64,000 nt of DNA, taken from NCBI GenBank assembly GCA_051362555.1, contig CM120642.1, positions 682,001 through 746,000 of the forward strand, given 5' to 3'. The notes under the pieces are model-generated. The model saw nothing but the letters and a program-made list of their open reading frames with translations. It did no database searches and had not been told where the DNA came from. Shown piece by piece: positions 13,901-25,989 of this stretch. The translations under genes were made by a program, and so were the position numbers. Numbering within the stretch: the first letter of the stretch is position 1; each line of letters opens with the position of its first letter. The stretch is from Lingula anatina. Its lineage: Eukaryota > Animalia > Brachiopoda.

Positions 13901-15902
13901 AGGCTACAGAAATACCATATTGAGGTGAAGTACCAGCGTGGTAAAAAGATGTATATCTCTGATGCATTATCTAGAGCAACTGCGTCCAAGTCAGTAACTA
14001 CCAAGGAGAACTCAGATTACGAGATTTACGCAGTAGAATCCGAGCAGAAGTTGGCCAAAGAAGTCGAGGAGATTGATTACTCGCAGTACAACAATGTGTC
14101 CGATAAGTCTCTGGAGCAAGTAAAGACTCATACACTTCGGGATGACGCTATGCAGTCACTGCTGATCCTAGTCATGGAAGGATGGCCTAGTGACAAAACT
14201 CAAGTTCCCCTGTTATGCCGTGAATACTGGCCATATAGAGACGAGTTATCCTGTCAAGATGGCATCCTCTATCGAGGCACCAGAGTAGTAATTCCTACTA
14301 TCTTACGTAAACAGATGCTGGAGAGAGTCCATGCAACTCATCAAGGAACAGAGACAGCTATACGTAAAGCTAGAGATGCGATTTTCTGGCCTCAGATCAG
14401 CAATGACATTCGCAATGTGGTAGCAACTTGCAACGTCTGTCAGGAAAATCAGCCTCGCCAACAGAAAGAGCCAATGCATTCTCAGCCTATACCCAAGGAG
14501 CGATTTGAAATCGTCAGCAGTGATTTATTTTCCATTCAAGGGGAACATTATTTGCTGCTTGTAGATCATTTCTCAAAGTACTGGGAGATCACTCAACTCA
14601 GTGACACTACTTCAGAAGCAGTGATCAATGAATTGAAGCAGCAGTTTGCTCGACATGGCATTCCAAAGCTGTTTATCTCTGACAACGGGCCTCAATATCA
14701 GTGTCAGCAATTCCGAGAGTTCACCGAGGCGTGGAAGATTAACCATCATACATCATCTCCCCACCACCCCAGTGGTAACGGCACAGCTGAGGCAGCTGTT
14801 AAAGTGGCAAAGACCCTGATCAAGAGAACAAAACAAGACGGTACCGATTTGTGGTTAGCAGTTTTAGAGCACAGAAACACGCCAGCCGCAGACAACACGG
14901 GGAGTGCAGCACAAAAGTTGATGAGTAGGCGCACTAGATCGCTTATTCCCGTACGCTGTGACAAGCTAGAGCCAATAGTAGTACCAAAAGACCAGGTATT
15001 TCAGAAACAAGTAAACCAGAAGAGAATAGCAAAGAAGTGTTATGACAAAGGAAGCAAGGAACTGCCTCCTCTGGTTATCGGACAGCCTGTGCGTACCAAT
15101 CTAAGGCCGCAATCGTCAGTCTCATGGTCTGCTGGCAGAATAGTGGAGAAACTCGCCCCTCGATCCTATCTAGTGGAGCAAGACAACAAAATTTACCGCA
15201 GGAACCGTAGTCACCTCAGACCTAGTCGAGAGGTCACCACTCCAAACCAATCCCGGGGGACAGTAGCTGCAGAAACACCAGAGGTACCGATTAAACCCAC
15301 TGACGTTACCAGCGAACCAATTATGATACCCAGTCCCATAAAGTCAACTCCCAGTACGCCGTGCAAAACTACACCTCCACCACAGAGCAGTGAAGAGGAG
15401 GTCCATACCACTCGGTTCGGTAGACTCTTGAAGAAGCCAAAATACTTAGGAGATTATGTTGTGTATTCTAAGTGATGGGTCAGAATAATACCCATGGCAG
15501 AAAAGGGTGAGAGGCAGTCTACCTCAATGACCCCATTGTAAAATAGTAGTTTGTTTTTTAGTTATAGTATATTGTTTTGAGTAGTGCTCCATATTACAAA
15601 GTCAGGACAATATAAACCAGAAAGTGACTTAAGTTGATCTTAGAACATAATTAAACATATGATATGGACTTGTTCAGATTAAAAAAAAAAACATTTACAC
15701 TGTTTCAAGTTATTGCGTTTATTTTGAAATGTTGACTAGTTCGTGATTATTATAGTTGTTTTTTGTTTTTTTTCTTTTTTTTTTTATGGGAAAAGGAGGA
15801 TGTTAAGGGATGCTCCCTCTTACTGATACTTATTATATAATAAACGCTCCCAGAGCACTTCCGGTTCAGTTATATCCACGTGTTTGACTTATTCCATTAA
15901 CA
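10928..15902 (+). mobile_element. Gypsy/Ty3 LTR retrotransposon, full length
   Basis: 102-bp LTRs 10928-11029 and 15801-15902 (TG...CA, one mismatch seen); 5-bp TSD GATAT; PBS TGGTGTCAGAA at 11030 (tRNA-Leu type); polypurine tract GGGAAAAGGAGGA before the 3' LTR; domain order PR-RT-RH-IN. Confidence 0.97.
11366..15475 (+). CDS. Gypsy gag-pol polyprotein with two frameshifts in gag
   Basis: gag pieces 11366-11632 and 11644-12018, then the 1158-aa ORF with two Cys/His knuckles, protease (LDNGA), RT (IADD), RNase H (DSSDYGLGAVL) and integrase (HHCC, SDNGPQY, GTAE). Confidence 0.9.
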
Positions 15903-15975
15903 GATATATATCCTGGTAGTCAAAATAAGACAACTTTATATAAAACTAGAGGTTATACACAGTCATATAATATAA

Positions 15976-16130
15976 CAGGCTCTTAGCCAGGGGGATTGGG
16001 TCGGTTCGAAAGAACCCCCTTTTTGCCGGGAAAAGGTCCCCTCAGGGTAAAATTTAATCTAGGTTTCAGGGTGAAAGGTCCACTTCTTCAGAAAAATAAC
16101 CCCCTTTTCAATTTGCACGCTACGGGCCTG
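15976..16130. mobile_element. CAGG...CCTG MITE, TSD TATAA
   Basis: Short TIRs and internal GAAAAGGTCC repeats; same family as 57077-57271; absent from the homologous unit at ~10500. Confidence 0.75.
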
Positions 16131-17979
16131 TATAATATAATGTTCATAGACATTTTTTGCGGGAGAAAAAGTATAATTGTCATTTTGCTGTCATGATATC
16201 ATGCTAGTTGTTTAAGGGTGATATCTGTGCTGTTTTGGTTTCATGGTGTTCTCCATGCTGTTCTCTATACAGACCATCTTAAGGTTAGGCCAAAGGGTTC
16301 ACCTCCGGAGCCAGAGGATGTGGGTTCTCCACCATCTGGGGACATAAACAATACCTGCTGTAGGATGTTAAGATGCTAAGTGGTATTGGTGGTGTTGGAT
16401 CGTTCTTTACCCCTTTGTCTACAACTAGGCAATTTTTGGTGGCTTTATTTGCAATTGTCATAGTTAAATAATCTGAACACTGCTATATCTACAACCAATG
16501 AGGATTACTGAGTGATGGCTGAAAATTATTTTCAGGTATTTCAGTAGGTAAAATGAATTTAATTAATTAGTACATTACCAACCCTGTTTGTAAGTATCAT
16601 AAATGTGTTGATCAGCACTGTCCCTTTCGATATTCTAAATACAATACATTGATATATAAAGGAGAAAATGAACTAAAGAACTCAAGTAAAGTTACATAAT
16701 GATATATTTCAGGGTATATAATATTAAACTGCACACCTGCTAAAAGTCACCTCATTTTTCGAAATGGATAAAACATGTTTCATGCTGAACAGAAAAAGCG
16801 GGTCTGTACATTACCTGCGAATGGTTTAGGAAAATTGAATGCAAAAACAAACAGGTGTATTCCAATGAAGATGATTGTGATTGGATGGCTTCTTGTGTGC
16901 CGCTTCCATTAAGAGGAACACTGCAGCACTGTCCCAGTATTCAGTGAAACCTACTTGACACTTGGATGTCTTACTGCCTGATCTGGTGAGGTAAGCTTTA
17001 TCACATCACTGGCATAGCCTAAGAGTAAAACTGACTTGCTACTGTGAGGTCTTACTGCCTGATCTATGTGGCAAGTTTTGTCATTAGAAAAAAAGATTTT
17101 CGCTTTTAATTTACCATCAAGTTGAGATTACATGACACATCTGGATCAGAAATATATTGTTTCCTTCATATCCAGTTGGGAACCTGTGCCTATAATATTG
17201 TGAGCATTTTTAAATATTGGTATTCATATTTCCTTGTAGACACTGGTGCTTGTTGGAAAGATTAAGAGAACTGCCATTAAAATTATACAATTTTGACTGA
17301 GAGAGAGAGAGAGAGATTCATGAATTGTAATTTTACTCATTTATTGTAATGACCGATGACAAAGACAGATTGATACATGTACATGGTAAATTGTCTTGTG
17401 TTCATCACTTCGTATTCACTTATAATGTAGGCAAGGTAGATAAAAGGTACTACTTCTCAAATGGATTGTCCTTTGTTTTTTTAGTTGTCTTTGTACAGTA
17501 TCATATATATTGTTTATGTATTTGAAAAATGCGTTATGTAGTGAGCCTGTAAAATATACAGAGTATCTGTTAACATCTTAGTCCTCAATTAAGAAATATG
17601 ATTACTACTTAAATAAAATACAAGCTAATTAATATGCCTATGTCTATGTGGAACTTTAGGAATTAGGGGTGCACAGGATTTTGTCATGCCATTAAATTTA
17701 TTACATTGTACTCAGACAAATATTAAAATGAATATTGAATTAAATATCAAAGGCTGTGCACTCGACTCTTGACTCATCTTCAGATAATGCTTTATACTGC
17801 TACAGAGATTACCAGTTTCAATGCTTTAAACTTTGCAAACGGAGAAGAATGAAACGACATTTTACTAACTAAAGAGTCAGAGGATAAAATCAATTTTACA
17901 TTAATTGTGAGCTCCCATCAACACACCTTCCTTTTTATTATATATAAATTGCCGATTTTTAAAGAAATTAAAGAAATTT

Positions 17980-20290
17980 TGATAATTTGTAATATTTCAA
18001 TTTTTATTTAATTATTAAGGAATTGGAATATGGAAGATGTTTTAACGTACCAATGTAACATGGAATCTCTACTTTCTGCCTGTAGTGTTTGTTTAAGGTG
18101 CAATCTTTTTTATTGAGGTGAAAAATCCTGAAATCTATCATGGCTGCCACAAAACATGTATTTTACATTTTGCTGTCCTGTCTTGAAATCTGGCAGATTT
18201 ATTATCCCAAATTAAATTCTTCATTTATTTTTGGTGTATTTAATATGAAAACAGAACCCTTTTTAATTACTTGAGTTAATTTGGATTACAATATGGCTTT
18301 CAAAATTCAAAATAGCCACCAATAACCATGAATTTACATCTTTTCAACCAGTAGACTAAAATATGACAGCAAAATTGCTTATTTCATCTAAAGTTTGGAT
18401 GAGTACTTATGTTTTTAATAGTGCTCATCACTATTAGATGTGTGACCATGTAAATTTATTTACAAAAAAAGAAAGATCAAATGGCCAACAATAACTGAAG
18501 ACTCGGTAAAAGACACATAATGCCCCATAATAAATGCAAGTCACTCACATTTGAGCTAGGACATCACACAAAAGTTTCAAGTACATGCTAATCACTCACA
18601 TTTGACATGGAAAAGAATACATTTGAGTTTATATACTAAGGCATTATGTCGCATTTGAAAGAAATGGCTGTCAATGAGTATAAGGGACTATATATTTATA
18701 GTCAATATGATACACTCTGGCTTAAAAATTGATAGAAAATTACATTAATTTATATTCCACAAGAATGTTACTAAGATTGATTTTACTAAGCTGAAACTAA
18801 CCCTCCCCTTTAGCGACTTTTATTTACTATTATATATAGCTTACATCCTATGGTCTCATTTTTTGCTTGTTTCTATTTAACTGGTGGTGGGGGTGACTGA
18901 CCCAGCCATTGCCATACTAACACAGGGATTCGAAATTACTATTTCTGAGACAAGTGTTTCCATGAAAGCAGTGTAGAAAGGGCATTTTATTACATATTAT
19001 TGCAGTAAAATTTATACCTGCACTGTCATGGCCATTTATGGCCATGTTGAATTTTGGAATGTAAATTTTGGAAGTAAATATAAATTGGGCAAAAAGCTTT
19101 TGAAAGCTGGCCTCAATTAAAAACGACGTGATTCTAGTGTTTTGGCTGCAAACTCACGTGGTCTCCAGCCCATTGCAGATGTCGCTGTATATGACCTGCT
19201 CTTAACAGTAGTTTTCCTACTGGTCTATGTGCTAATAACCGGCTTGCAGTAATCTCTTCTTCACGATGGACCTTGAAACGGGCGTTTGAATGACATTCTG
19301 CCGCTCTTTTTTGAGGACACTGGTTGTATTTATACTACCAGCACGGTGCACTCTAAGGAGAAGGCGATCCTGTCTTCTTGGTGTGATACGCGGACACCCT
19401 GGTAGAGGTATTGGAGTAGGTGCCCCTGTTGTAGCATTTATTTGGAGGACTTTACTTACGCTTCCTGATAAATGTTGAATTGCCTGGCGATGGCTGTCCA
19501 TTTCTGGCCATTTTCTCTGAGAGCAAGATTCCCATAGTAAGCTGCGTTGCTTAGCTGTCGAACCATATCTTCTCTAAGGTACCTGCCAAGTTTCAGGGCG
19601 ATCCCTTTGTTGCTTCTCTAAATACAGTCCAAAGTTTCACCAAACCTATGCGTTTTTATACAAGGGCAGAAATTGCTGAAAAGACCAGCCCTGACATTTC
19701 AGACCACAGAACATGCAACTGCATGCATCAATTGTTTCGCGAATTGTGTGGTAATTAGGTAACACACCTGGCTACACATGAAGTGACACCTCAGCTTTGG
19801 ATTTAAAATAGTTAGAGAGAAAATAAATATTTTGTAGAAAATTTACTCACCAAAAAATAATATTCCATATTAAGTGGTAACCCTGTATATCATTTCATGT
19901 GTAACTAAATTGGCGGCCATTTTGAATTTTAAAAGTCATAATGCAATCTGAATTATCAAATTGTTTTAAAAAATCCTAAGTTCAAGTTCAGTTTATTAAA
20001 AATAGTAAAGAAAGTAACTTTGATGATAAATCTGGCATCTTTCAAGTTGGGACAAGACTTGTATTTTCGCCTTCATCTTGGATTTCAGGATTTTACATCA
20101 AAATTAAAAGGTTTCATCTAAAACAAACACTGTAGGTAGAAAGTAGTGACTGGTACATCAAAACATATCCCTCATTCTAATTTCTTAATAGTTAAATAAA
20201 AGCTCAAAGATTAAAAATATTTAAAATTACTCAAAAATGAGCAAAAAATGGCCACCATCTTGAATTTGCCACCATCTTTGAAAATTTTGA
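17980..20290. mobile_element. Old foldback-type DNA element with AAAATGGCCGCC-like motifs; contains a Tc1 fragment
   Basis: Diverged inverted repeat ~17990-18140 vs ~20080-20220; recurring ATGGC(C/T)(G/A)CC motifs on both strands. Ends are approximate. Confidence 0.5.
19120..19885 (-). mobile_element. 5' part of the same Tc1 family as 1-1538
   Basis: Reverse complement matches window 1-~650; terminus TAAGTGGTAACCCTG|TA at 19885; ORF 19232..19501 has PGCPRITPRRQDR. Confidence 0.9.
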
Positions 20291-20761
20291 GGATAGTAAA
20301 GTATAGTGCAGCTCTTAAACTATAAACCTGAAATGATTTTTGAATTCCATTTACTTAATACATTTGAATTATTTAATTTTTTTTTTGGTCTCAGAAATGT
20401 CAATGTTTAATCTCAGGCGTTACCATGGCAACGGCTGTAGCACACACACACCACCACCACCAGTTTAATGGCAAACAAGCAGAAAATAAAAGCCCAGGAC
20501 CTAAGTTATCAGAAAAACATAGTGAATGAAAATCACTAAGGGGGGGAGGGGGGTCTACATTGGCCCATTGATTAATACTGACAGGCTGCTTGCACTAAGC
20601 ACAACCAGGCCTGAAGGCAGAAACACAGATCTCCAGTAGATGACATAACATAATTCCTTAGCAAAATGAAAAGTTTGCAGCCATATTGCAGAAAATTTGC
20701 AGGACTTTGCAAGAATAATTTGTATTGCTGTAATAAGCAGGAAATTTGTAAGAACATCTTA

Positions 20762-21131
20762 CAGATGCATACAGGTATGAGGTCAATTTTATGTCACAAA
20801 AACCAAATACCAGCATATAGTTTCAAATAGTTTAACTAAGAGAATTACCAAAAGACATAAAGGTGATATTTGAACGAATTTTTTTGCTAGCTTTCTATGC
20901 TCTATATAAATGGGGCGGAAAATTAGGTCAGATAAGAGGTTTAAATTTCTGACCAAAATTTTAAGCAAAGGAGCCATTTAAACCTATTTCATGGCTGATC
21001 GAGTGATTTATTAAGTTTATCTCTTGGCATGTTAAATTTACTTGAGTCGTATAGGAAACGATAGTAGAAGCGGTTTTTATGTGTTATTGGGAATCCATGC
21101 TCCACAGATGCTCGGTTCATAATTGTACATT
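20762..21131. mobile_element. Non-autonomous Kolobok-like element, diverged copy of 50785-51159
   Basis: Colinear with 50785-51159; decayed TTAA flanks. Confidence 0.6.
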
Positions 21132-21211
21132 TAAGTTTGCAGCAGGTTTACAAGAAAGTCTTTATGTTCTAGCAAGTTTTCAGTTCGTTTTTTATTCTTT
21201 TTCTTTATTTT

Positions 21212-21250
<39 letters not shown>

Positions 21251-21254
21251 TTGA

Positions 21255-21690
21255 CACTGTATTGAGTATTCTTTGGAGTTGTTTCTCAGCCTGCTCTGAG
21301 TACCCTGTCGTCTGCATACCTTAGATTGTTGATGTTTTTGCCATTAGCTTTCACTCCATCATGATCATGATCACAGATGTTGCATATAATAATTTCAACA
21401 TACCAGTAGATATTAAAGAGAAATATGGTGATGACACACGTCACATATCCAGTGTTTTACTCTTGTACAGATTGGTTTGAATTCACTGCATTCACTGTCT
21501 ATTTTTAATGTTGCTACTTGTTCCCAGTAAAGGTTTTTTAAAATTCTTAGATCTTTGCAGTACAGGTTCAACTGTACAAAGGTTTTGAAGAGGTCTTCAT
21601 ATTTTATTTTGTCAAATGCCTTTGAATAATCTATGAAACACAGGTATAGATCTTACTGATCTTCTGCTGATCTTTCCATCAGAGTTTGGA
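21255..21690 (-). mobile_element. RTE-type LINE RT fragment, degenerate
   Basis: Minus strand reads DLYLCFIDYSKAFDKIK and INNLRYADD. Confidence 0.75.
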
Positions 21691-21982
21691 AGGAAAAAAA
21701 TGCATTTTTTTAAGAAAGAAAATATTGTTACAAATTATGTAAATTGTTCTCTCGCTCACTCATTCCCCTTTCTGAAACAAGTGTATTAATAATGCCCATT
21801 TTTTGTTAAAGCAATAATAACTCTTCCTTTGAGATTCAAAATTCCGCATGAAATACATTGTAAACAACGCATGGAAATATATTCTCACCTTTACTAATGT
21901 GCCTGAATTTTTCTACTTCAAAATACCACCTTATCATTTTTTCCAATTCATTAATATTTAACTTAGCTTCTTCACATCTCTT

Positions 21983-21984
<2 letters not shown>

Positions 21985-22044
<60 letters not shown>
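21985..22044. repeat. (TA)n microsatellite
   Basis: Pure TA run. Confidence 0.95.
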
Positions 22045-22047
<3 letters not shown>

Positions 22048-22261
22048 CAATAAGTATTATTTGATTTAAAGCCATCTTATTAGTACTCAGTAATATAATG
22101 ACACAACTACTTAGTTCAATTATTGTTCTTGTAGATTCATTTATCCATCTTATTGATTTATCCCATAGATACTGAACAAGCACACATTCATAAAAAAAGA
22201 TGTTTAATACTTTCTACTTCTGTTTTACAAAATGTACGTACATTACTATCATTAACCTTAT

Positions 22262-22866
22262 AGTATAATAACTCTTCGTTTTGGCCAAAAATTGGACTTC
22301 CCTGGAGTAAACGGCAATTTTCCCATACTTACCAATGGTCAAAGACCCCATTCCTGCATTCAAAGTTAGTCCAGGGTTTTTTCATAAATGTTTGGTTTTT
22401 TGTTAAAATCTCTTAAGAGGAGCCCTCTCTGGCATTGCATAGTCACGCGATATCGAGAGATAAAAACACTATATAACACTAATATAAGATTCATAAGATA
22501 TATTCGTCTTATTGCTCAAATGCATTTATGTCTACAATGTGTGCAATTCTGGGCTTTTTGTTATCCGACGCACTGTACAAAAACTCGCAACTTACGTCTG
22601 TGGATTGCATCAGGCGTTTGGCGCCATATGTTATTTTGGTCTCGAATGAACGCAAGAATCCGCCTGACACCCAAACATCATTGGCAACGGATGCCTTGAC
22701 AACCGGGAAGAAAGGCATCAAAAGCCCTATTGACAAGCACAGATTTTAGTTTTACTACAATAACAGCCGTTTTAGTGGTAAAATGCAGTAGAATATATTT
22801 CCATGCATTGTTTACATTGTATTTCTTGCAGAAATTTTGAATCTCAAAGGAAGAGTTATTATTGCT
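22262..22866. mobile_element. Non-autonomous Kolobok-like element, copy 1
   Basis: TIR core ATAATAACTCTTC...GAAGAGTTATTAT ending GCT|TTAA; inverted relative to 23680-24309; a solo end also at ~21807-21880. Confidence 0.75.
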
Positions 22867-23679
22867 TTAAAGTGTGACTTATGGACCTGAAGACCTTTGC
22901 TAGTCACATTCGGGTGGTCAGTCTGTCATTTTTCTTTGGGTAATCAATAGCTAAATTCAGGGCTATTAAGTCACTTGCCTTGAATTAAGATACATGTGGC
23001 CATGAAATGAGATTACATAAAACACCACTTGTATTTCCCGGTAAACTCCCATAGGTTAAGTTCTCTGCCAAATAAGTGTTCATAATAAGGAAGCAGTGAT
23101 AATTATGAAGGTAAATGTTGTTTAATATTGCAAATAAGTTTTCAAAAAATTATTTTGTGTTATGCCAACATTATTGGTATAGATGAATTATTATCCTCAA
23201 ACTCAGTGGAGTTATTAATTTCATGTTAATACAGTAAGATTAAATGTTTGAATAGCAGCTTTATTGGAATATTTTTGGTATGTTTTCTTTTTAATTTTTT
23301 TTTTCAAACACTGGCATTTTCGAGATGTGACTTTTAACTCCCATCCACATAAGCAGTTGTATTGGTATTTATGTCTTTAAACATTATGTAGTATTATTTT
23401 ATGCACTGTCATCATTTTTCAAATATTGGGATTCTTTATGTGAATTTGAACTCTCATGGTCTTGAAACTGTAATCTTATTCCAGAGGCGGATTGACACCA
23501 TCTTCTGGGTCTTCTGGAAGACGGTCAGATTTTAAAGTTTACATTGACGGGTATCTATTTTTTTCTGCTTGAAGACCATCAGAAATGGAGGGTGGATCAG
23601 CAAAGATAATTTGGAACTCTGTAGGAATATGTATCTGGATCCGCTCCTTGTATTGACCATGCCACCTGTCCATGATTAA

Positions 23680-24309
23680 AGCAATAATAACTCTTCCTTT
23701 GAGATTCAAAATTCCGCAAGAAATACATTGTAAACAACGCCTGGAAATATACTCTATTGCATTTTCCCACTAAAACGACTGTTATTGTAGTAAAACTAAA
23801 ATCTGTGCTTGTCACTTGGGCTTTCGATCCCTTTTTTCACGGTCGACAAGTGCATCCGTTGCCAATGACGTTTAGGTGTCACGCGGATTCTTGCGTTCAT
23901 TCGAGACCATAATAACATGGCGGGAAACCCTCAGACGTAAGTTGCGAGTCTTTGTACAGTGCGTCGGATAACGAAAAGCCCAGAATTGCACACATTGTAG
24001 ATATAAATGCATTTTGAGCAAAAAGACGAACATATCTTATGAATCTTATAATATTGTTATATAGTGTTGTTGTTGTCTGCTTTTCCCGCGGTTTTAAGTA
24101 GGTCACCAGAAACTATTGCTCGATACGAGAGGGCTCCGTCAATTAAAATCTCTTAAGAGATTTTAACAAAAAACCGTACGTTTAGGAAAAAAACCCTGGA
24201 TTAACTTTGAATACAGGAATGGGGTCGCTGACCATTGGTGAGTATGGGAAAATTGCCATTTACTCCAGGAAAATCCAATTTTTGGCCAAAACGAAGAGTT
24301 ATTATGACT
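23680..24309. mobile_element. Non-autonomous Kolobok-like element, copy 2
   Basis: TTAA|AGCAATAATAACTCTTC...GAAGAGTTATTATGACT|TTAA. Confidence 0.8.
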
Positions 24310-24528
24310 TTAAAATTCAGTGTTGTTTGACTGCATTATTTATTATTGCATCAAAATTGACAAAATGACATATTTTCTGCATCTTTATTTTCTGTTGTTT
24401 TTTTTTGTTTGTTTTTTTTTCTGTACATTTGACAGCTGTGCTGCTTTTTCAACCAATTTGAGGATGTAAAATATTGCAGAAGAAAGAGAAGCAAATTGTT
24501 CATATTTTCCTTCATTCCAGCATAGAAG

Positions 24529-24553
24529 TATAAAATACTAAGTGTAAAATCAG
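24529..24553 (+). promoter_or_regulatory. Candidate TATA box and initiator of the EGF-repeat gene
   Basis: TATAAAA at 24529, TCAG at 24550, ATG at 24564. Confidence 0.35.
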
Positions 24554-24563
24554 CCAATTAGTG

Positions 24564-24663
24564 ATGGAATTGTTGTTCTGGCGGCTTCTTCTTCTGATTT
24601 TGATGGAGTGTGTCTTGGTCCGCCACACTGTCTCATCAGGTAAGTAAAGGGGCCAGACTGACA

Positions 24664-24742
<79 letters not shown>

Positions 24743-24776
24743 CACTAATTAAGTAGAGGAGCAAAACTGACAGAGA

Positions 24777-24841
<65 letters not shown>

Positions 24842-25901
24842 CACTAATTAAATAGAGGGACAAGACTGACAGAGCATACATATATATATACGTACATTGA
24901 CGGACTGTTTGCCTCAACATGTAAATAAAGGGGCCGAACTGACGGATAAAAGGTCTATACTGCATTACTCATCAGAAAAACATATTGATAATGTAATTAA
25001 TTATAATATTTTTTGTTTTGTTTAATTCTATTTTTTGCTCAGGGGAGTTGAAGAGGAAATATTATGAATGATATATCAAATTTAAAAAAGGTTTTACTGT
25101 GAAAGTGAAGTAAATTTTAATTAATCTGATGAACTATACGAACGGTGATAGTGTGGACATCACAACACATTTAAGAGGATGTTTTAAATTAATATTAATA
25201 CTTAAATTCCCTATGTAGCTAAATTGTAAACTGAATGAAATGTTAAGTATGTAATTGGTTAAACAGTAAATTTCTTTTCAGCCAGTTGTGAGCCTAACTC
25301 TCACTAGTGCGCTTCAAATTGTCTTTATCTGCAATTTATCTGCAATTCATATCATGAATGATTTTACATGTTCTTAATCAATGAGTAAACCTATTATTGG
25401 ACTATATATATATATAATTGGATAAATGCCTCCCCGCACACATTCCCCCATAGTGAGGGGAGGTTACAGGGTACTTAACTAGATGTTTGTGGAGGTTGAG
25501 GTAATGTTTGATTTTAAAAGCAGAGTCAGTCCACGGTAAGACCATTTCTACAGTGGCGGATTTAGAGAGGGGGGTGTCAAGGGGGGTCCTGCCACCCCCT
25601 CCCGATTGGTTTCTGAAAAAAATGACACTAATATTCCCCTCTGTTGGAATTAGATATTTACTAGCTGATTTACAGTACTAAACCTTACTAAATGGCATCA
25701 TTTACCCTCTAAAATACCAAAAATTCTCGGGATCCTTCAGCAGCCCCTGAACCCCACACCAACTTGAGGGAGGGGGGCTTTGCATCTGCAGACCCCCCTT
25801 CAAATTATCCTGGATTCTGCCCCTGGAATAAGATCATGTAAAATCATTTGTGATCTGAAAGTACTGATTAAGACCATTTTAGGCCTACTCATGCCTTGCT
25901 A

Positions 25902-25989
<88 letters not shown>

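Noticed and set aside
11736-15411. Antisense and alternate-frame ORFs within the Gypsy element (likewise in the BEL, LINE and HDHD3 ORFs)
   Set aside because: Shadow frames of long real ORFs with no motifs of their own.
16855-16990. Exon-like segment with MKMIVIGWLLVC as a possible signal-peptide exon
   Set aside because: All three frames hit stops before the donor; 24564-24639 is a clean alternative.
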